DNA of 20,000 nt, from NCBI GenBank assembly GCA_049724395.1, contig JAUGWO010000086.1, positions 52,724-72,723 of the forward strand, in the 5' to 3' direction. How positions within the stretch are numbered: position 1 is the stretch's first letter; every line of letters starts with the position of its first letter. Origin of the DNA: Spongospora subterranea f. sp. subterranea. Its lineage: Eukaryota. Below the pieces are notes generated by a model. That model was not told the DNA's origin, searched no databases, and saw only the letters and a list, made by a program, of their open reading frames with translations. Shown here piece by piece: positions 1-9,042 of this stretch. Both the position numbers and the translations under genes were made by a program.

Positions 1-129
1 TGCAAAGGCGAGTTTGAGAGATATATAAACAACTCAGAAATCAACAGTCGAACTTCTACAGCTCTTGTCAACGATAGGTGGTTGCAATGCATAAAGTTCG
101 ATGTCGAGATGGTTGTGCTACTTCGATAA
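1..129 (+). CDS. Possible 3' end of an upstream coding exon, unidentified
   Basis: Frame 1 is open from the window start to TAA at 127-129 (CKGEFERYINNSEINSR...VVLLR*), followed by AT-rich sequence. No recognisable motif. Confidence 0.2.
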   Translation, partial: CKGEFERYINNSEINSRTSTALVNDRWLQCIKFDVEMVVLLR

Positions 130-926
130 AATAAGAAAACAAACGTCTCGTTGAGAAAAACTTGTTAGATGAACACAAAGTTCGTGTTATATTCTCTTTC
201 AAGAGAATCTAAGTACAAAATTCTCTGAGATCACCCTCAAATCCGATTTTCATTTCGTAGTTGTAAAGGAAACGATATAGTGTCTGGTCAGTTCGGCGCT
301 GAAACATAAAGTGCTGGTGTCTTTGTAAGGATTGTTATTGAAAAACGTGAAAGACAATTTGAATCAAACTATCGTGTGTAAGGGTTTAGGATTCAACAAG
401 CGTATGTAGATCTGTTCGTCGATCCGAAGCTCATGCACCGGAGTCGTCGGTTCGCTGCAGATCGAGGTGCTTACCGGTTTCCTAGGAAGCGTATCTTATC
501 CACCATCGACTGCCAGAGACAGATACGGGGCAACAACGTCAGCTATGTCGTAAAAAATTGGGTGAGCCTGAAACGGTAGGTCTATTATGATAACCTCATA
601 ACGGGTGCTCTGCCTTGCATAACAACCTAATTGCCAGACCTGGCCAAAACAGCTGCCACTGACGTTCCGCCAAACCAATAAACGGTACGGCGCATCATCG
701 ATGTAGTCACGTTCTCTGTTTCACGATACTACAGTAGCAAACTGCATGCCTGCGCATGTAACGTCGATGCACAACGATGATGTTACAGTATGGTTGAGTT
801 TTCATTTTACGCAGTTTTCTCAGCGCGGTAATCGTTACAGATTTTCTTGTCAGTCGTCTGATAGCGTAATCGCAAGGTTTAGAGCTAAACCGACTGGTTA
901 CGCTCATTGTATTTATTATCCCAATT

Positions 927-3437
927 ATGAAGGGAGAAGACGCGTTTTTGGAATACTATAAACAGCAAACTATAGTGACGGACGGGGAATGGGACAACTT
1001 TCAGACATCCATACATCAACCATTACCGGCCAGCTTTGTTGTCGTAGAGCAATACGCCGGTGGTGCCGGCAAGAGATTGCTAGCTCAGCTGGAATCGGGG
1101 CGGTATCAAGATCTATCTTGTCTGGATTGGTACCCCAACAGGTTGGCTTGGCACGCAACAACGCCGCGTGTGTCGTGGTCGGACGATTTCAAACAGTTCC
1201 TCAAAGCTCAAACCGAGATGGGCACGATCATTCGCCAAGAGGTCGTCAGGTCAGTTGTTTAAATTATTTGGCGATATCACCCAATAATTTTACCTGTAGT
1301 ATGATACCTGTTCTGCTTCTTACCGACAACTCGCTTCCCGCGAATCCCTCGTTTTTAGATATCTGTGCGGCGCCAGGTATTTTCCATCTAGGCTGGCTTG
1401 ATTCCTAGTAAACGCACGCGACTACTAGGTTCAAAAACGGCTCAGTTGGCTCAGGTGCTACGACAACGCTCTAGTGATGATTCTGGCGTTATTGTAGCCA
1501 ACGACTGCAACGCTAACCGTGCATCAATGCTCATGAGCCGATTGAAGTGTTCAGGGAGTGCTGCGCTTGTCGTCACCAGGTAGTCCAAGAGCACTCGATA
1601 TTAGTGTTTCAATCAATTTTGTTTGAAAGGAGCTATATGCTAAATTGTTCGCAGATGTGACGCAGCCGAGTTCCCTGCGAATCAACTATTTGATCGTGTT
1701 TTGTGCGATGTTCCTTGTAGTGGAGATGGTCTGTTTCTTACCTAGACCGAAATAAACAGATCAGCTAAGCTTTTTTGCTAGGTACCATCAGGAAGGCTCC
1801 GAAACTTCTATCTAACTGGAAGCCAACTTCGGCATCAGCGCTTCATGCACAGCAGCTAAAGATTGCCAAACGGGCTTTCCGCCTGACAAAACCAGGTTTG
1901 ATTCACAGTATATCTTTCATAGCTTTTTCATGACCTATTGATTGTGGTTTACTTCGGGTACTCTAAAAAAACCCTCTCGAGCTCTGCCGTTTCTCGCCGT
2001 CCCAAACACTAAACGCTCTCAAAAAATCTGTGATGGAGAATTTACTGATTCTGATTAGGAGGTCGCATGGTCTATTCGACATGTTCATTCAACCCTATAG
2101 AAAATGAAGCTGTAGTTCTCGCTTTGTTGCATGAATTCGGCGACCAGATAAGAGTGCTGGAGAATTCGCAACTCCTTAAAGGACTTCACCGCTCTCCTGG
2201 TTTGACCCATGTAATACCAAATCTAGCCCGCCACTATTTTTGTCTTCAAGGTCGTTTTTGATAGTGGGAAGTATTGGCAGCAAATGGCCCCGATACGGCA
2301 TTCACAGCATACGAGAGTCGGGAGGAAGCTAAGCGTACCAAGCATGGAGGGCAATGTCCAGACACATTGTTTCCTGTTGGCCAGCGCTTATCAGAACTGT
2401 CACATTGTATGCGATTGTTGCCTCATCATAACAATGCAGGTAATTCCCGTCGAAGCTGCCATTGAAACTATCGTCATGAAAGTTACAGGAGGATTTTTTG
2501 TTGCCCTTCTTGAACGAAGGGATATCATATCTGTAGAACGGGCGTTCGCAGATTTACCATCGGTTAGCGATCCAAAATTCCGAGGCGACAGGTATTGATT
2601 TCAACTATCACACTTGGTGGGTATGCTAAGGTTGATTATCGTAGTCTGTTTCCGTTTGTTCCAATTCTGTCTGCGAAAAACGGCCGCGAAATTACAGGTC
2701 ATGCTATTTTCAATGCAATGTGTTTGTATTTATTTGAGGTTCAGAGTGTATTACCCAGTCCATGAATTTGCTCGATTCTTTCCCGATGAAAAGCATTTTT
2801 TTCCGTGACCATGGCGACGACGATGCCCATGATGGGCAGAACCACGGTCGGCGCGCCCGTCTTTATATGCTTTCGCCGATGGCAGCTCGTTTCGCTCAGT
2901 ATTATACCACGACTTCCAGTATGTTTTCACTTCTAGTATTTCTTTTTCTTGACGTTAGCGGAAACTCTTTTCACTCGGCGAACCGGTTGAGTTCTTATTA
3001 ATGGTTGATGGTTACAGATTTGATGCACGCTGGAGTCCGAATATTTGAGCGTTGCTCGCGACCTGATGGAGTGGATATGGAATTTAGGTTGTCTTGGGAG
3101 GGTTTGAATCACGTCATTCCTCATATATCGCTAAAGGAAATGATGCTGTCGATGTCGTTAGCATCGTTAACTCCTCTGCTATCTGGAAAACCAGTGCGTT
3201 TGTTTTTATGATCCTCCTCCATGATCACTAAGTCATCAACAATTGTAGATGCCAATTTCCTCTGAGATTGCCATGCTGTCCTGCACGAACGATGAAAATG
3301 CTTATCGTGGAAATATTATCGTTGAGTGTGAACTCGACAACATTACTGTCCAACTTCCTGGTCGGTTATCAGCCCGATCTATTCAGTTGCTCAGTCCTGC
3401 CAGAGCGCTTGATGCAATGTCGTTGATGATTAAATAA
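927..3437 (+). CDS. NSUN2: NSUN2/Trm4 (NCL1)-type RNA cytosine-C5 methyltransferase, multi-exon
   Basis: Splicing GT-AG introns gives AFLEYYKQQ..EWDNF..PLPASF, RQEVVSMIP, motif I LDICAAPGSKT, VANDCN, motif IV FDRVLCDVPCSGDGTIRK, motif VI GRMVYSTCSFNPIENEAVV and CMRLLPHHNNAGGFFVALL. Stop TAA at 3435-3437. The start at ATG 927 is provisional; upstream exons in 433-926 could not be resolved. Confidence 0.93.
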
Positions 3438-3593
3438 GTCCTAACTTGGAATTCTTTCTATGCGCTGCAATTTTTGATTCCGCTAATCGGCATCACTGTT
3501 CGCTAGAGCCATTAGGTTGACCTCCCCTCAATGTTAAACTTTGACTTGCCTGGATCATGTCCAAACCATATCGCATTATACTATCAATACTGT

Positions 3594-3689
3594 GGCCGCC
3601 AGCAAGATAAAACCGGGGGCCGCCAGCAAGATAAAACCGGGGGCCGCCAGCAAGATAAAACCGGGGGCCGCCAGCAAGATACAACCGGG
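3594..3689. repeat. Minisatellite, 4 x 24 bp (GGCCGCCAGCAAGATAAAACCGGG)
   Basis: Three identical units at 3594, 3618 and 3642; the fourth at 3666 has one A>C change. No spacers. Ends about 80 bp upstream of ATG 3769. Confidence 0.97.
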
Positions 3690-3768
3690 GGGGAGGAGGA
3701 GGACTGGACTACCGAGAGGCCCAATAGCTACGATAATCTAACAGTTGCAGTCTTGAATAGGTGAAATA

Positions 3769-5380
3769 ATGCCTGAATGTGATACAGACAAGATCAGAAT
3801 AGTCTGTCTGTTTGCCGTATTAGGTCTAGTTCAGATCACAATCCTGTTCTTCCCGGTCAATAATCAGCAATCATTCATACCTCATAACGAAACACTGGTT
3901 CATTTTGGCAACCATTCCGTCATCGAAGCAATTTGGCACACAATCATTAGTGACGACTCAGGAAGGTTTCGCGTTCGATTCACCCCAAATGTCGGACGTA
4001 ATCAAGATCATGGCTATCCTGTTCTTCGTATACGTGTTGTTGGCCCACAGATCAAGTTGCTAACCCCAATCCCATCATTCAAAAGCACGGGCGAAGACTG
4101 GATTGCATACTACAACATCGAATGTGCTGGGAGATATTCTGTTGAAATCCTGCCCTTGTATGAGGCGTTCTACAAGGACGATCTCGCCAAAGGAAAACTG
4201 TTGCCCCAATGGCCACCGTTCGTCCCATTGCAGTATATCGATGTGATGGCGTCATCTTCAACCTGCCAGCTAGGTGATCAATGGAAGACCCGACCAAATT
4301 GTAGTGCGTTGCTGATGAAATATGGGGGATCGTGGGTTATCGATGATAAACCGGGGGGATATGATGGCGAAAGCTGGGACCCTGATCAGATCATGTCGTT
4401 CCTGTCAAGGTCCAAGATCCATAGCGACCCGAGGTTTATACCAGAGCACGTATTCGAGCAGCTACGCCCAATGTCTGTTGTAGAAAACTGGAATGAAACA
4501 GACGTGCCCTGGTTTTTGTTAGAAAAACATTTTGCTCGTCTGCAATACAGGTATAGGGGCCAGGGTGTCAGTACAGTATTCATTAGTCGTTCACTTGATT
4601 TGCACAGGTATTTCGCATGCCAACCAGAGGATAGCCAAGAACTGATCAAACGATGCATGCGCCCAACAGACAAGAGAAGCGTGTGCTTGTTTGGAGATAG
4701 CCAAACAAGAACTCTCTACAACAGCATTGTTGAGCTACTTGAACCTGATAACCAAGTTCGTGTCGAATGATTTTCTTCCGAAGATGATGAGATCGTTAAC
4801 CGTAATGGTGTAGGATTGTAAAACCGCAGCACAGAAGACAGTCTGTGAAACAAGTCTCCCTTTACGATATATCGCCGATAAGTTAGATTTATTGTGGTCT
4901 GCTCAAAGGAACTACCACAGTTGAGCAGCTGATTACTATAGATATGGCGATGTTGGTGTCGGTAGTGCACCTTCCTGCAGGATTATGCTAATCAACTTCG
5001 GCCAATGGCCAATAAGCTGGGTCGAAACAGTCCCATATTCTGTATCCAGATACCAGAACATGGTAAAAACGGAACTCACAAGGTTTTCCGATATTACAAG
5101 TTCTCACGTGTTCTGGTTGTCGACCAATTCGATGCCCATGAATGGGCGGGTCTTAGGAGGAATCGATTGGCGCATTGATCCCGTTTTCGACTTATACAAC
5201 AACGCGGCCAATCAGATTGCCGAGAAAGCTGGGATCCCAACCATCGATATATATTTCATCAGCACCGTTCTAAATGAGCTTTCCACTGATCGTGCGCATT
5301 TCAAAGATCCTGTTGGTCGTGCACTTGCATATCAAACTCTAACAACGATATGCGATCCAACGTATATTTCCAATACATAA
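3769..5380 (+). CDS. NXPE/PC-esterase-like (SGNH/GDSL superfamily) type II membrane protein, paralog 1, 4 exons
   Basis: N-terminal TM anchor (IVCLFAVLGLVQITILFF), Ig/filamin-like stretch (RIRVVGP..GRYSVEI), VCLFGDSQTRTLY (GDS), LINFGQW, VFWLST and C-terminal DRAH (DxxH). Introns at 4551-4607, ~4756-4813 and ~4882-4941 match positions in paralog 2. Confidence 0.85.
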
Positions 5381-5522
5381 ATGTCAACGTTTGCATTCCA
5401 CCCGCAAATGATCTAGTAGCGATGCGCTTGTCGTCTCTCAAACCAATTTAACTGTCGAAATCTGAAGAGCAGTAAAGTTCTGTTCTGTTGATATCGACCA
5501 GTTTCAAAATACGCTGACCGCG

Positions 5523-5648
5523 TGTTTCCGAGGACATGGCCTAATAAATGGGTGGGAATAACGATTTTTGTCCTCATATAGAACAAGATCACGTCTATTC
5601 AACAGGAATGTCCCACCCATTCACTAGGCCACGCTGTTATCGAAAACA
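5523..5648. repeat. Long imperfect inverted repeat (fold-back), MITE-like or hairpin RNA
   Basis: TGGCCTAATAAATGGGTGGGA (5537-5557) matches the reverse complement of 5611-5631 at 19/21. Outer arm TGTTTCCGAGGACA (5523-5536) matches 5635-5648 at 11/14. An inner stem spans ~5563-5590. Confidence 0.8.
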
Positions 5649-6108
5649 GTTCAAGATTGTTTTTTACTTCTGAGCATTCAATGCTCTTGAAATGCTATCA
5701 CATGTTCCTTCATAGCCTCTGTCTGCTCCAATAAAACTATACTTCCTTTTTCCTACGTGTGAAGCATTTGCTGGTCGTTTTTCAACGGTCTTAACTCGCT
5801 TTCGCTTGGCATGTTTTTGGCTTCATCAGCCGAGTAGGCGTACCAGATTCTAGCGGGTCGTCCTCGAACATGTTGTCAGACAACTATTGCTTGGGACAGC
5901 AAAATTTTTGAGCAAAAGAACCTCTGTTTGTATCCTACCGTGGTTGTGCAAGGTTGTTTTCCCAGATAACGGTTGGGATTATGACGGGTTAGAGAGCGAT
6001 TGATGAGAGCAGCCCCTGTTGGGTTCAGGGAGACCGCTTGGGCCACCTTCGTGTTCAATCAAGAGGTATTCAAGAGGGTCCCTCTTTGAGGTTGAGAGGA
6101 CACATAAT

Positions 6109-7722
6109 ATGCAAGGATGGGGGAGCACGAAGAAGAGGGTTGTGATTCTGCTCTTGATATTGGGTTTAGTGCAGATCGTGATATTTTTTGTTGCTGTTGA
6201 AAAGGACCAAAAACAAATTCTCTACAAGGAGCAATTAGTTCACGCTGTGAACCACTCATTCGTCGAAAGAGTTTGGCATAGAATAATTAGCGACAACTCG
6301 GGGAGTTTTCGAGTCCGTTTTGCTCCAAGCGAAGAGCACGATCGTGAAAACGCCTATCCTGCAGTTCGTATCCGCCTTGTTGGCCCACAGATCAAACTGC
6401 TGAGCGCAAAGAAAAACCAACATAGCCGTTCTGAAGACTGGATCGCATACTACACTGTAGAATGTGCAGGAAGGTATTCCGTTGAGATCAAGCCCCTCTA
6501 CGAGGCATTTTACGATGATGATATTGCAAAAGGGAAACTCTTGCCACAGTGGCCACTTTTGATCCCATTGCAGTATTTCAACGTATCAAAATCGTCACCA
6601 ACCTGTCAGTTGAACGCACAATGGAGAACGCGGCCAACATGTAATATTTCATTGATGGCCCAGGGTGGATCATGGATTATCGATGATCAACCCGAAGGAT
6701 ACGATGAGTACAGTTGGGATCATGACCAAATTACGGAATCTCCTGTCTACAACAAAAATCCATTCTGATGCACGATTTATTTCCGAGGAGCTGTTTGAGC
6801 AGCTACGCCCAATGTCGGTGGTGGCGCATTGGAACGAGAGTGACGTGCCATGGTTTTTGCTAGAAAAGCGCTTCGCTCGTCTACATTACAGGTACCGTTA
6901 TTTTGAAATATTAGCAATAGCTTGGTCCAATGCCTCCACTAGGCCTTTTGCATGCCAATTCGAGGACGGCCAATCGCTTGCGAACCGCTGTGTCAATCGA
7001 ACGACGGACAAAAAAGTGTGCTTCTTCGGAGACAGCCAGACGAGAATCCTGTACAACAGTATTGTTGAGCTGTTGGAGCCAGAGAACCAGGTTCAATACG
7101 ATCGATAATGAAGTCTAGCGCGCGACATCACATTGATTATGACGATTAGGAGTGTAAGACCGCAGCCCGTAAGGAGGTCTGTGAAACGTATCTGCCGTTA
7201 CGATACATACCTGACACGTTAGTCTGTCTGTCATGTTATGATCGTGTTACTCTCATTAGTGACGCTGTGGGTGTCACATTATACAGGTATGGCGGTGTTG
7301 GCCCTGGTAGTGCACCTCCCTGTCGGATAATGCTAATCAATTTCGGTCAATGGCCAATAAGCTGGGTCGAGGATCAACCATTCAAAGTATCCCGATACGA
7401 GAAAATGGTGGCCGATGAGCTAGCTCCGTTCGCCAATATGACCAGCGTGAAAGTGTTTTGGGTATCGACGAATTCGATGCCCATGAACGGCCGCGTAATA
7501 GGAGGGCTTGACTGGCGAACAGATCCCGTGTTTAATTTGTATAACAATGCGGCGAATCGAATCGCTGAACGAGAAAGGATCCCGATTGTCGATATATTTC
7601 CAATCAGCTCGGCCTTGAACGAACTGTCAGGTGATCATGCCCATTTCAAGGATCCTGTAGGACGTGCCTTGGCGTCTTTGACTCTAAACACCATTTGCGA
7701 CGCAAATCATCAACACAAATAG
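6109..7722 (+). CDS. NXPE/PC-esterase-like paralog 2, with a +1 frameshift near 6736 (pseudogene or assembly error)
   Basis: Colinear with paralog 1: EDWIAYY, ECAGRYSVEI, AKGKLLPQWP, VCFFGDSQTRILYNSIVELLEP, MLINFGQWPISWVE, DHAHFKDPVGRALA. True start is probably ATG 6109 (MQGWGSTKKRVVILLL). Homology changes frame at ACG-G-AAT-CTC. Confidence 0.85.
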
Positions 7723-7763
7723 GAATTTTCAATACAAAATTGAGAGAAATTGAAATGGGATAG

Positions 7764-8342
7764 TGTCTTCAGGAGACGACAGTAAAAGGATAACATCAAA
7801 CGGCGAAGCTGATAATGAATCACAATAATGAAACGGAAAACCACAATACAACCGTTATAATTCTGAGGTTTACCGAGGATGCCTAGCGAACATGAATATG
7901 TCTCTAGCTCAGTAAACATCAATTGGAATTGCCTACATGAAATTGTTTAGCAATTTCATCAACCTACCGTGCATCGAAACACCTAACGGGACACATTGTC
8001 TGTCAAACAAAGAAATGCTCGTGGCACTTTCTGAGGCCGCTTCGAGCAATATTGCCTCACTGGCCAATGATCAAAGGGATGAATCTTAGGCTCCTGAACG
8101 CAATGGACATTATTCGTTATGTCTGACAACAATCTACAACCCAACCAACAGCCTAGACATCCTTCAATAGGTTGACGATAGATTAGTAGCATTATGTTCG
8201 ACGATATCTAGGATTTAACATTCGGTCAAATATCGTCGAGAGAGCTTCATGTGGTCGTCTGTTCAACAGTCCTCAGACATGTTGCAGGTTTCGCCAACTC
8301 CTCAATCTTCTTCATAGATCAGATCCTGCGCTAGAAAGTCAT
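7764..8342 (-). ncRNA. U3: Candidate divergent, expanded U3 snoRNA (5' end may instead lie at ~8915 via an intron; an alternative 3' end is at 8119)
   Basis: Minus strand GACUUUCUAGCGCAGGAUCUGAUCUAUG (8340-8313) resembles the plant U3 GAC/box A region (CAGGAUCUGUUCUAUAG, recalled). C'-like GAGGA 8274-8270, B-like CCACAUGA-AGC 8254-8244, C-like UUUGAUGU 7800-7793, D CUGA 7772-7769. Nested long-range helices UGUCU/AGACA, AGACGAC/GUCGUCU, ACAU/AUGU and GAAGCU/AGCUUC. Confidence 0.6.
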
Positions 8343-9042
8343 ATGTAAACTATTGACCCATTTCGGTGATGGATGATCGAATGGTTGACATAACGGTTAT
8401 CGCTGCGGTAAGCATCTCCGACAGCTTTCGTTCGAATTGATTTTAAGTTTCGGTTTGAGGAGTGCTTTATTTCGCGAACTAATTAGGGTCAATTTCACGT
8501 TCACCATCGCATTTCACGAACTGGTTATCGCGGACAATGTTGACGTCGGATGCGTTTCGGCCATCCGACAATCGAAATGTGGGAATCCAAAACAACGCAC
8601 TAAAGAAACCGATTTCCGACACAAATTACACTCATTCTTAACAAATTGGTTTGGGTCGCCTGTGCAAATCAGGGAAACGACCCAAGGAAAAACAGAATGC
8701 AAGAGAATAGGAGCGGCTTCTGAATCAAGTTCTGTCAGAGCCACGACGGTGCCGTTTAGCGAATGCACCATGCAAGAGAGAGCCGACTTGTTGTTCTTAT
8801 CGGGGGGAGATGAAATGGTCCTCGACACGTCGATGAGGCGTTAATAATTCCATGAAAATGCCCATTTGGGCGATTAACGATGACCTCCGTCGACACCTAT
8901 AACAGTAGTCGTCTTCCTTAATCAGTGTTGCCCTATTTCCTGTGCGTGTCTGTATCACTTTTTCTCCACGCGGTGTCCCGTTGCGCTCTTTTCGACGCGC
9001 TGTCCAAAAGCTTGAATTGCAGTTTCACCAGCGGGGTTGGCC

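Noticed and set aside
433..926. Upstream exons of NSUN2 or a separate small gene starting at ATG 433
   Set aside because: Splice-like signals exist, but the exon chains I tried hit stops and showed no recognisable domain.
3594..3689. CRISPR array or repeat-encoded peptide (GRQQDKTG, AASKIKPG or YLAGGPRF)
   Set aside because: Units abut with no spacers and the context is eukaryotic. The ORFs stay open only because the unit is 24 bp, and none joins ATG 3769 in frame.
5536..5567. Resemblance of ATGGCCTAATAAATGGGTGGGAATAACGATT to the U12 snRNA 5' end
   Set aside because: The branch-site recognition sequence GUAAGGA is missing, and the segment is sequestered in the long inverted repeat.
8402..8415. 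AUGCUUACCG as a U1 snRNA 5' end
   Set aside because: Differs from the invariant ACUUACCUG and lacks downstream U1 loop I/II motifs and an Sm site at the right spacing.
8482..8488. ACCCUAA as a telomerase RNA template within the structured locus
   Set aside because: Only 7 nt, partly buried in a predicted helix, and no ~1.5-repeat template for TTAGGG, TTTAGGG or TTTTAGGG was found. Not fully excluded because the telomere repeat is unknown.
8633..8699. U17/snR30-like m1/m2 motifs (UUUUCCU ... AAACCAA) flanking a hairpin
   Set aside because: m1 deviates from AUAUUCCUA, the lower stem geometry differs and no ACA box follows.
8437..8844. ORFs of 135 aa (+) and 104 aa (-) in the structured gap
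   Set aside because: Non-ATG starts, mutual overlap, no recognisable motif and no short-intron pattern like neighbouring genes.
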